Assembly: GCA_900547165.1 (NCBI GenBank)
Contig: URFZ01000013.1
Span: forward strand, 1,292-65,291
Direction: 5' to 3'
DNA from: an uncultured Eubacteriales bacterium
Lineage (GTDB): Bacteria; Bacillota; Clostridia; Oscillospirales; UBA644
Length of the DNA: 64,000 bases
In this document: positions 17,994 to 27,364 of the stretch, one piece after another
How positions within the stretch are numbered: the stretch's first letter is position 1
Layout: each line of letters opens with the position of its first letter
Notes under the pieces: generated by a model
The model's database searches: none
Told to the model about the DNA's origin: nothing
Seen by the model: only the letters and a program-made list of their open reading frames with translations
Made by a program: the position numbers and the translations under genes

Positions 17994-19556
17994 TCAGCGA
18001 ATGCCGTAAGCAACGCAGCCGTCTTCGCGCATATCCACGGGCGAAGTCGAACGTTCCGCCCATATCTCGGCAAGGTCGTAACTGCCGTTTCTTGCGGACG
18101 TCCACGGGTCGGCGACTTTAACATTGCCGCTTTCCGCATCGTAGCCGTAAAGGAAAACGCAATGAGTCCCCTTGTTGCAGAGCAGCCCCTTTCCGACCGC
18201 GATACATACGACGCCGTCGTTTTCAAGAGCGGAAAGCAAGTCCTCATATTCGAATATATTCAGCGTAGTCGCTCCGTAATGCTCGGCGGCAAGTCTAATC
18301 GCCGAACCGGAAGAACCGCTGAACGTTTTGCAGAACTCCTCGGTGTTGTCGTAAAGCCAAGTTGCGACCTCTATCGGGGTCACATTTATTCCGATGTAAG
18401 AAAGAGCCATCGCCACGGATGTGGGCGCGCAGCCGTTGCGTCCCATGGTATAGTTGCCGAAACGGGCGTTGCACCATCTGTCTTCCCATTGCGAATAATA
18501 TTTGAAAATACCCGCTTTACCGCGAAGCCGCGGCACATCGTCGGTCTTTTTCTTTCCGCAGACGGAACAGGCAAATTCGGCGCGTCCCTCACCTTTTTCG
18601 GTCGGTTCGGAAATTATTTGTCCGCGCTCCCATTTATGATGCGCTTTCAGCGTTTTTCTCTTTTCAAAACCGCATTTTTCGCAGTATTCGCGGTTATACC
18701 CGTCCGCTTCGCAGGTCGGCGCCTTTTCTTCGGTTTTTATATTATGTCCCGTTGCGGGCAGCACGGTTTCTTCGGTCTTTCCGCAGTTTTCGCATATCTT
18801 GCGAATATATCCGTCCGCTTCGCAGGTCGGGGCTTTTTCCTCGGTTTTTATATTATGTCCCGTTGCGGGCAATATGGTTTCTTCGGTCTTTCCGCAGTTT
18901 TCGCATATCTTGCGAATATATCCGTCCGTCTCGCAGGTCGGTTCGAGTTTTTCCGTGCGGTATGAGTGCGGAATGACGGCAAGAACCCGAACGTGCGCTT
19001 TCTCGCACACAATGCATTTTCTTGTCAATGTTCCCGTTTCGGTGCAAGTGGCGGGAATGCGGGTATCTTCAAATATGTGGCAATGGTCGCTCTCGCCGCC
19101 GAAAGCAACGGAATAGAACACGGTCATCGCATCCGCTATATCGACATCGCCGTTGCCGTCAATATCTGCGGCATCAAGCGCGGCTGCCGTCAGTCTTTCT
19201 TTTTGTGCGACGTGATAAAAAACAAACATTGCGTCCGCTATGTCGACCTTTCCGTCGCCGTTGACATCGCCTTTTGCAAGTTGCGGCAACGGCGGCTCGG
19301 GCTCTGTCGGCGGCTGTTCAGTTTCCGTCGTAGTCGGGGTGAAAGGCTCCGTCGTTGTCGGATTCGACGGTGTTGTCGGCGGCTCGGGCTGCGTCGTCGT
19401 AAAAAACGGGTCGGGCGGCAATGTCGGGTCAACAAAAGAGCCTTTCAGAGCCGAACCATCGGCATTTTCCCCCGCAAAAAGAACGAGCGAAAACGCAAAC
19501 ACGACCAAAAGCAACGTCGGCAATATGCAAAACAGACTTTTCATTCTTTTTTTCAT
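17994..19556 (-). CDS. secreted dockerin-containing protein with Cys-rich repeats and a C-terminal C39-like cysteine peptidase domain
   Basis: Signal peptide, Pro/Thr linker, and a type I dockerin pair (DVNGDGKVDIADA, DIDGNGDVDIADA). Then CxxC repeats, the putative nucleophile NGCAPTSVAMALSY, and the putative His THCVFLYGYD. The start is taken at MKKRMKSLF. Confidence 0.75.
   Translation of the reverse strand: MKKRMKSLFCILPTLLLVVFAFSLVLFAGENADGSALKGSFVDPTLPPDPFFTTTQPEPPTTPSNPTTTEPFTPTTTETEQPPTEPEPPLPQLAKGDVNGDGKVDIADAMFVFYHVAQKERLTAAALDAADIDGNGDVDIADAMTVFYSVAFGGESDHCHIFEDTRIPATCTETGTLTRKCIVCEKAHVRVLAVIPHSYRTEKLEPTCETDGYIRKICENCGKTEETILPATGHNIKTEEKAPTCEADGYIRKICENCGKTEETVLPATGHNIKTEEKAPTCEADGYNREYCEKCGFEKRKTLKAHHKWERGQIISEPTEKGEGRAEFACSVCGKKKTDDVPRLRGKAGIFKYYSQWEDRWCNARFGNYTMGRNGCAPTSVAMALSYIGINVTPIEVATWLYDNTEEFCKTFSGSSGSAIRLAAEHYGATTLNIFEYEDLLSALENDGVVCIAVGKGLLCNKGTHCVFLYGYDAESGNVKVADPWTSARNGSYDLAEIWAERSTSPVDMREDGCVAYGIR
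18701..18940. repeat. in-frame 120-bp tandem repeat (2 full units plus partial units) inside the dockerin/C39 gene
   Basis: Encodes PTCE(A/T)DGYIRKICENCGKTEET(I/V)LPATGHNIKTEEKA twice. The nucleotide units are near-identical. Confidence 0.75.
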
Positions 19557-19770
19557 TCGTTTTTTCCTTTTTTCTTGTGGTTTCTTGCAGAATTTCCGCA
19601 ACAGCGCGGGCAACTCTGCCCTTTTGAGTAAAAACGGTTCTTTGCGTTATGTCGGCTGATTATACAAACCTGACAAAACGCCTTTTATTTATTCTGCGCA
19701 AAACCCGCCGAGGCGGCTGTCTGCCGCCCGACGGGGATCCGAAATTCTCAGGAACTGCAAAAAATACAGG

Positions 19771-20283
19771 ATTTTCAGTTTCTCTTTGGGGATAGGAAAA
19801 AATGTTCAGAATGGGTGAATCGAGTCCTTGGCTGATGATATTCGAACTCTCATCGGTTTTGACGGGCGGATTTTCGTCCTAACTTTCGCAAAAACCTTGT
19901 AAATACGACAGTATTCACCGCGGCTTCTTTGTCGTTATGACGAAAATTCGCGCCGTGAAAACTGCACGCACCCGCCACAGAGAAAATTTCGAGGAATTTT
20001 TTCTTTTTGAGGTGCAGGCGGGCTGACGCCCGCCAAGACGAAAAAAGAGAAAATAACCGAAAATAGCCTGTGTCGGGCGATAAGAGTCCGGACATCATCA
20101 GCCTTGGCGTACATAGGTACGTCGAGAGGCGAGATTCGCCCGTAGCAAAAAAGACGCTTTTTTCACTTTTTACAGAACCAAAATACAAAAATAGATATTT
20201 AAGGTCTTTTGCTTATCTTTTAGACAATTACTATTTTGTATTTTTCAGTCTTTTTTGCGGTCTGGGCATTTTTAACATCCCCC
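19771..20283 (+). repeat. unclassified intergenic element, family 1 copy A (candidate structured RNA, interrupted)
   Basis: Alignable by eye to 39741-39986 once 19832-20107 is removed. It ends 7 nt from the thrS stop codon. Confidence 0.7.
19832..20101. mobile_element. MITE-like 270-bp insertion nested in family 1 copy A
   Basis: Imperfect inverted ends CTGATGATATTCGAACTC / GAGTCCGGACATCATCAG (15 of 18). CCTTGG flanks both sides (19826-19831 and 20102-20107). It is absent from copy B. Confidence 0.45.
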
Positions 20284-20290
20284 GTCGGAT

Positions 20291-22231
20291 TCAGATATTT
20301 AATTCTTTGGTTCTTACTTGCTCCTCAACTTTTGCGATAAAGGCGGAAAGCGGCATCGAGCCGAGGTCGCCCTCTTTGCGGCTTCTCAGGCTTACGGTGT
20401 TTTCTTCCTGCTCTTTTTCGCCGACGACTATCATATACGGAATCTTTTCAAGCTGCGCTTCGCGTATCTTGTAGCCTATCTTTTCGGCGCGGTCGTCGAG
20501 TTCGGAGCGTATGCCGCGGTCGATGAGCGTTCTGTTTATTCTCGCGGCGTAATCCGCGTATTTCTCGGAAATCGGAAGCACTTTTACCTGAACGGGGGCA
20601 AGCCATGTCGGGAACGCGCCCGCATATTTTTCTATAAGCAGAGCCAGAGTTCTTTCATAGCAGCCGAGCGACGTTCTGTGAATAATGTACGGGTTTTTCT
20701 TCGTGCCGTCGCGGTCAACGTATTCCATGCCGAAGTTCTTCGAAAGCATCTGGTCTATCTGAATGGTTATCAGCGTGTCCTCTTTGCCGTGAACGTTCTT
20801 TATCTGAATATCGAGTTTCGGACCGTAGAAAGCCGCTTCGCCGACACCCACTTTGTAGGGGATTTCAAGGTGGTCGAGAATCTTTTTCATTATTCCCTGC
20901 GCCTCGTCCCATTGTTCGGGTGTGCCGATATACTTCTTTCTGTCTGCGGGGTCCCATTGCGAGAAGCGGTAACTTACGTCCTCGTAAAGTCCGAGCGTTT
21001 TGAGCATATATATCGCAAGTTCGAGACAGTGACGGAACTCCCCTTCAAGTTGGTCGGGAGTACACATCAGGTGTCCCTCGGAAATGGTGAACTGACGCAC
21101 GCGGATAAGCCCGTGCATTTCGCCGCTGTCCTCGTTGCGGAAAAGCGTCGAGGTCTCGTTGTAGCGAAGCGGCAGGTCGCGGTAAGAGCGTGCCTTGTTC
21201 AAATATGCCTGATATTGGAACGGGCAGGTCATCGGACGCAGAGCGTATACCTCTTCCGTGTCGGATTTTGCGGGGTCGCCCATAACGAACATTCCGTCCA
21301 GATAGTGATCCCAATGCCCCGAAATCTTGTAAAGGTCGGATTTTGCCATAAGCGGGGTCTTGGTAAGCAGCCAGCCGCGGCGCTGTTCCTCATCCTCGAC
21401 AAAGCGTTGAAGAAGCTGGATTATTCTTGCGCCGTTCGGAAGCATAACGGGCAGTCCCTGTCCGATAACGTCAACGGTGGTGAATATGCCGAGTTCTCTG
21501 CCGAGTTTGTTGTGGTCGCGTTTTTTTGCCTCTTCAAGGCGTGCGAGATGTTCCTCAAGTTCGGACGCTTTCGGGAAAGAAACGCCGTAAATGCGTTGAA
21601 GCATCTTATTCTTTGCGTCGCCGCGCCAATACGCGCCCGTGCAGTTGGTCAGTTTTATCGCCTTTATCTTTTTCAGGTCGTAAAGGTGCGGACCCGCGCA
21701 AAGATCGACAAAATCGCCCTGTCTGTAAAAGCTTATCTCTTCGCCCTGCGGCAATTCGTTTATAAGTTCCTGCTTATAAGGCTCGTCCGCTTCGAGTTTC
21801 AATGCTTCGTCCTTGGGCAGTGTAAAGCGTTCGAGGGTATAGCCCTCTTTGATTATCTTTTTCATCTCCGCCTCGATGTCCGAAAGAATTTCGGGCGTGA
21901 ACGAAGTCTGTGAATCGAAATCGTAATAAAAACCGTTGTCAACGGCGGGACCTATCGTCAGTTTTGCCGACGGGTAAAGTCTTTTTACCGCCTGTGCGAG
22001 AACGTGGGACGTGGTGTGCCAAAACGTTTTTTTGCCCTCTTCGTCCGCAAAGGTGTAAAGTGTCAGCGTGTCGCCGTCCGAAAGTTTTGCCGTCAGATCG
22101 CATACTTTGCCGTTAATGCCGCAGCAAAGCGCGCTGCGGGCAAGCCCCGCGGAGATCTGCATGGCGCAGTCGTAAGCGGTAGCGCCGTCCGCAACTTCGA
22201 GCGCGGAGCCGTCTTTGAGGATTATTTTCAT
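20291..22231 (-). CDS. thrS: threonyl-tRNA synthetase
   Basis: TGS domain at the N-terminus, the editing-domain HTTSHVLAQAV motif, and class II core motifs. 646 aa. Confidence 0.95.
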   Translation of the reverse strand: MKIILKDGSALEVADGATAYDCAMQISAGLARSALCCGINGKVCDLTAKLSDGDTLTLYTFADEEGKKTFWHTTSHVLAQAVKRLYPSAKLTIGPAVDNGFYYDFDSQTSFTPEILSDIEAEMKKIIKEGYTLERFTLPKDEALKLEADEPYKQELINELPQGEEISFYRQGDFVDLCAGPHLYDLKKIKAIKLTNCTGAYWRGDAKNKMLQRIYGVSFPKASELEEHLARLEEAKKRDHNKLGRELGIFTTVDVIGQGLPVMLPNGARIIQLLQRFVEDEEQRRGWLLTKTPLMAKSDLYKISGHWDHYLDGMFVMGDPAKSDTEEVYALRPMTCPFQYQAYLNKARSYRDLPLRYNETSTLFRNEDSGEMHGLIRVRQFTISEGHLMCTPDQLEGEFRHCLELAIYMLKTLGLYEDVSYRFSQWDPADRKKYIGTPEQWDEAQGIMKKILDHLEIPYKVGVGEAAFYGPKLDIQIKNVHGKEDTLITIQIDQMLSKNFGMEYVDRDGTKKNPYIIHRTSLGCYERTLALLIEKYAGAFPTWLAPVQVKVLPISEKYADYAARINRTLIDRGIRSELDDRAEKIGYKIREAQLEKIPYMIVVGEKEQEENTVSLRSRKEGDLGSMPLSAFIAKVEEQVRTKELNI

Positions 22232-22352
22232 ATTTCTTACCTCTTTTATATATGAATGTTTTTTTTACGTTAAACAGGGTCGGCACACAAAGCGCCGCCT
22301 TTTCGGTCAACGGCAAACGGGTAAAAGTTTGAATGGAACTTTTCCGTTTCCG

Positions 22353-23867
22353 TTAATATTCGAACGATACTTCCTTGCCCTCGGAAAGTGCCTGAGCATC
22401 TTTGAGAATGCGGTCGAGCAGCGCCGAAGAGACATAAAAGTGTCCCGTGCCGTTGACGCGGCAGAAGTAGTAAAGACCGTCGTTGCCGAGCGGAACAAAT
22501 TCGACTTTGGAATCGTTGCCGTTCTTGCCGTAACAGGTCACGGTAACAGCCGCTTTGCCGCCGGGGTCGGCCGCAAGCCCGAGATTGGAAACCGAAATAA
22601 TTTCCCTGTACAGGTTCTGCATATATTTGGCTGTCAGTTCTTTGCCGTTATAGTAGCCGTGATACGTCACGCTTCCGTCATCACCTATATCCGTGGAGAC
22701 GTCAAATTTGAACGTCCTGCCGCCGCCCTTTACTTCAAAAGCGGAGAGGTCGTTCAGATAGCGGATAAAAACAAGGCTTTGGCAGAATTTGTCCGGTGTG
22801 TAATCGACAAACCCGAAGTATTCGTCCGAAACGGCGTAAATAACGTTCGTATCGTCATACATCAGATAAAGTTTTCCGTTTTCCTTGCCGCCGATAAGAT
22901 ATGTTGAATAAAGCGTTATTTTTTTGCTCTCCGTTGCGGTCGGGTCGTAATACGGGTTAGTCACGCCGTCAACGGTCTTTTGCGAAACGTCTACTTCAAA
23001 GCCGATACGCACAACGGGTGACGAAGACGTAAATCCGTATTTTTTCAGATCTTCCGCCGTCGGAGCAACGTTCACAACACCGTCCGCCGAAAGCGAAGCC
23101 ACGCTCCGAGCCGCGCCGCGCACATTGGACGTGTTCGCTCCGAACAGGAACGGAGATGTCATGACCATGGAATCCGCATAAAGATTCGCGCTGTTTTCCT
23201 TGTCCGTCGCCTGACGGAACTCGTAATTTTTGCTCTTGTCGTTGTAATCTATCGAAAGGCTGATAAAATCCGCTTCTTCATAGGGTTTGGAAACGGTTAG
23301 GTCGAAAAATCCGCTTTGCGGCTTCATCACACGTTCCGCAAAATACGTATTCACGCACCACACGGTGGTTTCGCCGTCGATAAGAAAATAATATGCGCCG
23401 CCGTCGGGCGTTTTGTCGCCTATCAGGAACACATCGGTAAAGCCGCGTGTGGAATTGACGGAAAGCGTCACGGCAGGGGTGTCAAGCCCGTAAACGGAAA
23501 AGTCTTTGACGTCCGCTTCTATCAGATTTTCGGAATATATTATCTGAACGCTTGTGAAAAGGTTGGAGACGGTCTCCGAAAGCAGCGGCACGCTCTCCGC
23601 GCCTTTCATCGTCACTTTGCCGTCCGAGGAACGGACGAGTTCATACTCACCCGTCGAGTTTTTTATTGTCACGGACGCTATCTGACGCGCGTTTATGGTG
23701 TAAATCTCATCAAGTTCACGCGCATAGGTGGGCGTCACGTCGCCGTTTTGCGTTACGTCCGTATCGCCCTTTTTCGGAAGAAGCTGCACAAGCAGAACCG
23801 CCACGACAAGAACGATAACACCAATACCGCACGCGCCTATGCAGATAAGTCTTTTTTTTGTGTTCAT
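22353..23867 (-). CDS. DUF4340 domain protein (accessory to the GldG-like ABC system)
   Basis: The start MNTKKRLICIG overlaps the upstream stop (ATGA). It has a TM anchor, and both size and context fit. Confidence 0.65.
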   Translation of the reverse strand: MNTKKRLICIGACGIGVIVLVVAVLLVQLLPKKGDTDVTQNGDVTPTYARELDEIYTINARQIASVTIKNSTGEYELVRSSDGKVTMKGAESVPLLSETVSNLFTSVQIIYSENLIEADVKDFSVYGLDTPAVTLSVNSTRGFTDVFLIGDKTPDGGAYYFLIDGETTVWCVNTYFAERVMKPQSGFFDLTVSKPYEEADFISLSIDYNDKSKNYEFRQATDKENSANLYADSMVMTSPFLFGANTSNVRGAARSVASLSADGVVNVAPTAEDLKKYGFTSSSPVVRIGFEVDVSQKTVDGVTNPYYDPTATESKKITLYSTYLIGGKENGKLYLMYDDTNVIYAVSDEYFGFVDYTPDKFCQSLVFIRYLNDLSAFEVKGGGRTFKFDVSTDIGDDGSVTYHGYYNGKELTAKYMQNLYREIISVSNLGLAADPGGKAAVTVTCYGKNGNDSKVEFVPLGNDGLYYFCRVNGTGHFYVSSALLDRILKDAQALSEGKEVSFEY

Positions 23868-25423
23868 CACAGGTATTTCCTCTTGCGCCAAGTCACAACG
23901 CATACGACCGCACAGCAGGCGGGAACGAGTGCGATGCAGATTATCGCCACGATATAAGTCGTTCTGTCGCTGTCAAACTCGAGCGCGCCCGTCGCAAGGC
24001 TCGAAGAGAGAATTCGAACCACGCTGTCGTCGTGTGAAAGATATGAGAATATGCCGAGCGTATATTCGCCCGATGCGGGAGTGTAACCCGCCGCGTTTGA
24101 GATGTAATAGGTGTTAAGCAGCGAGGTCGTGCCGAAGCAGACAACGGAGGACATTGTTATTTTTTCTTCCGTTTCAAGCGTTTCGGAGCGGCGGACATAG
24201 CCCATAGCACCTATCGTGTGCGGGCCCGATGTGTCGCCGTCCCGCTTTGTTATCGAAGCAAAATTATCCGAACCGACTTCGAGTTTGCCCTGCGTGTAAT
24301 CCCTGCCGAACGAATCTTTGCCGAACGTGGAAAGCAGCGGCGTGGTCGAAATCGTGCTTTTGTTTTCAAACTCAATGTTGAGTGCGCGGGTCTTGCCGAG
24401 CGTCGTTTTCAGATACGTTCCGTCGTCCGCAAGCGTTCCCGCAATGCCCCTTGCCGCCACGCTCGTGCCGTAACCGAGTTTCAGGAACGGCTCGTAAACG
24501 TCAGCAACGGTGCTTGAATTTGCGGGGTCGAAAACGGTCTGCGTCGTAAATGTTATGCCCCATTCCTCGGAAAGGAATTTTTCGAGAAGCGGGTTTTCGG
24601 GAGCGGAATTGTCCATAAACACCGCAAGGTTTCTGTCGTATGCGCCGTTGTGATAAAGATAATCGCGCAGCGCCGATATATCCGAGGTGGAATATGTCGT
24701 TTTCGGGTTTGCGATAACAAGTATTTCAACGTCTTCCGCAAGTGTCGCGGACGAAAGATCGACCGAAAGTTTGACTTCGTAGCCGTTCAGTTTGAGAAGT
24801 TCCTCAAAGTACGGAAAATCTTCTTCGCCGTGTCCCTTGACTATGCCGATCTTTTTGACGTCGGTCATCGTTGTGTTTCTCATCGCCGCGTCAAGTTGGC
24901 GTTCGAAAGAAATATACTGAACGCCGCTGAAAACATCGTCGTAAATGAACGAATACTTCTGCGTCTGCGGGCAGTAAACGGTTATGTAAACGCCGTCCCC
25001 GACGGTGATGTTTCTTTCTTTGAAAAAGCCGGGATTATAGCGCGTGTCCACATAGGACACGGATATTTTATCGGACGTTTTCGCAAAACTGTCAAGCAAT
25101 TCGGCGGTGTAACGCTTGCCCGAATAAACTATCCGCGTTTTGGTTTCGCCCGTTTCGGAATCCGTGGACTGCGCCGTGTCGTAAGTCGCGCCGCGGAAAT
25201 CGTCCTCGTTGCCGTTGACGATGACCTCGACCGAATACGGAAGACGTCCCACTATATCCGCGGAAACGGAATCTATGCCGGTTATGCGGCTGCCCGAGAA
25301 GTCCGCCGAGAGGTCAAACCTCTTGTCAAGGCTTGTGAAAAGGATATTTATGAGTATCGCCGCAACTATGCAGACGACCGTGGCAACCGTGGCAACGGAA
25401 GCGTATCTTATCTTCTTTTTCAT
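23867..25423 (-). CDS. GldG-like ABC transporter auxiliary protein
   Basis: N- and C-terminal TM anchors flank a large external domain. It follows the ABC-2 permease. Confidence 0.7.
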   Translation of the reverse strand: MKKKIRYASVATVATVVCIVAAILINILFTSLDKRFDLSADFSGSRITGIDSVSADIVGRLPYSVEVIVNGNEDDFRGATYDTAQSTDSETGETKTRIVYSGKRYTAELLDSFAKTSDKISVSYVDTRYNPGFFKERNITVGDGVYITVYCPQTQKYSFIYDDVFSGVQYISFERQLDAAMRNTTMTDVKKIGIVKGHGEEDFPYFEELLKLNGYEVKLSVDLSSATLAEDVEILVIANPKTTYSTSDISALRDYLYHNGAYDRNLAVFMDNSAPENPLLEKFLSEEWGITFTTQTVFDPANSSTVADVYEPFLKLGYGTSVAARGIAGTLADDGTYLKTTLGKTRALNIEFENKSTISTTPLLSTFGKDSFGRDYTQGKLEVGSDNFASITKRDGDTSGPHTIGAMGYVRRSETLETEEKITMSSVVCFGTTSLLNTYYISNAAGYTPASGEYTLGIFSYLSHDDSVVRILSSSLATGALEFDSDRTTYIVAIICIALVPACCAVVCVVTWRKRKYL

Positions 25424-25434
25424 CTTCCGTCCTC

Positions 25435-26139
25435 CTATTCCCAACGGCGTTTTTCAAGCATTCTGACGGACAGAAACAGAAAAACGGCTGTTATGGAAAC
25501 GTAAAAAACGACGGGCGCAAGGCTCAAAATGCCGAGCGCAAAATCGCCGTAGCGCGAATAAAGGCTGATGCTTTCAAGCGCTGTGCCGAGCCACGAGGGC
25601 AGATATTTTGAGACCGCGCCGATTATGTACATAAACAGCAGTGTGCCGAAAACGGCGGCGACAGTGCTTATCTGATGTTCGGTAAACGTCGATATGAAAA
25701 CGGCGACGCTTATCATCGCAGCGCCGAGCAGCAGCACGCCTATATACTGCACAACGAACGTCGAAACGTCAAAATCGCCGAACATTCCGAGAATGAGCGC
25801 ATAAAGGATATTAACGAGCGAACCGAAAAAGAACAGGCAGAACGCGCTGACGAACTTTGACAGCACAACGGTATAAAGGCTGACGGGAGACGTCGTCCAG
25901 AGTTTGTCCGTGCCGTTTTTCTTTTCCTCGCTGAAAAACTTAAAACTCAAAAGCGATACGAACACAAGATTTGCGATGTAAAGATAAAGCGAAAAGAACG
26001 TATACATCGACGTTGTGTTGTTGTTTATGACCGAAAAGACGAAGCAGACGCCCGCTATAAGAGTGTAAACGCAGAGCGTGAACCAGCCGGTCGGATTTTT
26101 GAAATAAACGGTAAATTCTTTTCTGACAAGCGCGCCCAT
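25435..26139 (-). CDS. ABC-2 type transporter permease (GldF-like)
   Basis: Six predicted TM segments. The start abuts the ATPase stop. Confidence 0.75.
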   Translation of the reverse strand: MGALVRKEFTVYFKNPTGWFTLCVYTLIAGVCFVFSVINNNTTSMYTFFSLYLYIANLVFVSLLSFKFFSEEKKNGTDKLWTTSPVSLYTVVLSKFVSAFCLFFFGSLVNILYALILGMFGDFDVSTFVVQYIGVLLLGAAMISVAVFISTFTEHQISTVAAVFGTLLFMYIIGAVSKYLPSWLGTALESISLYSRYGDFALGILSLAPVVFYVSITAVFLFLSVRMLEKRRWE

Positions 26140-27282
26140 TTACTTCTCCTCTCCCTCGTCCGTTATCTCGACGAGTTCCTCGGTCTGACGGATAAGATTT
26201 CCGTCCTTATCAACCACTTTTCTGATTATCTTTTTGTATTTCTTCTTTTTTACGGGTTCGGAAGTCGGTTTATTTTCCGTTTCGGAATTGTCCGAAAGCA
26301 GAGCCTTTGCCGCGTCACGGCTGTCCGCAAGGCGTTTCGCTTCCGCTTTTGCGTCGCCGCTGACAAGGCTGATGAACACATCTTCCAAAGAAACGCCGAG
26401 CGGCGTCACCATAAGAATATACCAATTTTTCTTTGCGCAGAGTTCAAACAGCGCACGCCTGATGTCCGCGCCTTTTTCTGTCTGTGCCATTATATCGGCT
26501 GTTCCCTTTTCAAAAACGCCCATGAACTCAACGTTTACAACACCGTCAAGCGTTCTTATCGCCGCGGCGGATTCGTCCGCAGGTGCGGCAAGACGTATCG
26601 CATAACGGTCGCTTGAAGCGGAGATGTTGAGCAGTTCGTCCGTCGGGCTGTCCTTGACAAGATAACCGTCGTTGATGACCAGCACCCTGCCGCATACCGC
26701 CTGAATCTCGGAAAGGATATGCGAACTCAAAATTACCGTATGACTTTCGCCGAGCGCGCGGATAAGATTTCGTATCTCCTTTATCTCACGCGGGTCAAGT
26801 CCCACCGTCGGCTCATCAAAAATGAGTATTTCGGGGTTGCCGATAAGCGCCTGCGCAAGCCCGACGCGCTGACGGTAGCCTTTTGAAAGGTTCCTGATAA
26901 GACGTTTTTCGGTGTCCGCAAGTTTTGTTGCTGCAAGCACCTGTGCAAGATGCACGTCCCTGTCAAGCTTGCATTTTTTCAAGTCAAAAACAAAATTCAG
27001 ATATTCGCCCACCGTCATATCGGGATAAAGCGGCGGAAATTCGGGCAGATAGCCTATATTCTTCTTCGCTTCGTCCGGTTCTTCGAGAATGTCGTGTCCG
27101 TCAACGGACACAGAACCCGAAGTGAACGATGTATAGCCGGTTATCATATTCATCGTCGTCGTTTTTCCCGCGCCGTTCGGACCGAGAAAGCCGACTATCT
27201 CGCCTTTTTCAATCGTAAACGACACGTTGTTGACAACGGTTTTTGAGCCGTAACGCTTTGTTAGATTTTTTACCTGAATCAT
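26140..27282 (-). CDS. ABC transporter ATP-binding protein (GldA-like) with a charged C-terminal extension
   Basis: Walker A GPNGAGKTT, signature LSKGYRQR, and Walker B ILIFDEPT. Confidence 0.9.
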   Translation of the reverse strand: MIQVKNLTKRYGSKTVVNNVSFTIEKGEIVGFLGPNGAGKTTTMNMITGYTSFTSGSVSVDGHDILEEPDEAKKNIGYLPEFPPLYPDMTVGEYLNFVFDLKKCKLDRDVHLAQVLAATKLADTEKRLIRNLSKGYRQRVGLAQALIGNPEILIFDEPTVGLDPREIKEIRNLIRALGESHTVILSSHILSEIQAVCGRVLVINDGYLVKDSPTDELLNISASSDRYAIRLAAPADESAAAIRTLDGVVNVEFMGVFEKGTADIMAQTEKGADIRRALFELCAKKNWYILMVTPLGVSLEDVFISLVSGDAKAEAKRLADSRDAAKALLSDNSETENKPTSEPVKKKKYKKIIRKVVDKDGNLIRQTEELVEITDEGEEK

Positions 27283-27300
27283 TGTTTTCTCCGTTCACTT

Positions 27301-27338
27301 AAAAAGAAAAGGGCGCGGCGGGCTTTTCCGTCGCGCCC
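27301..27338 (-). terminator. aspS terminator
   Basis: GC-rich stem GGGCGCG.CGG / CCG.CGCGCCC, followed on the minus strand by TTTTCTTTTT. Confidence 0.65.
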
Positions 27339-27364
27339 ATAGAGAAGTCTCAAAACACGAGTGA

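Noticed and set aside
19831-19850. CUGAUGA box in the nested insertion, suggesting a hammerhead ribozyme
   Set aside because: There is no stem II hairpin between the CUGAUGA and a GAAA box, and no matching cleavage-site strand. It is part of the terminal inverted repeat.
20318-21913. Long + strand ORFs opposite thrS (531 aa). The same applies to 29835-31115 (opposite hisS/mgsA), 38125-39501 (opposite gdh), 6005-7246 (opposite terL), 55776-56750 (opposite metK) and 52835-53755 (opposite alaS).
   Set aside because: All lie antisense to genes with unmistakable conserved motifs and have Arg/Gly/Val/Phe-rich, low-information sequences. They are typical shadow ORFs.
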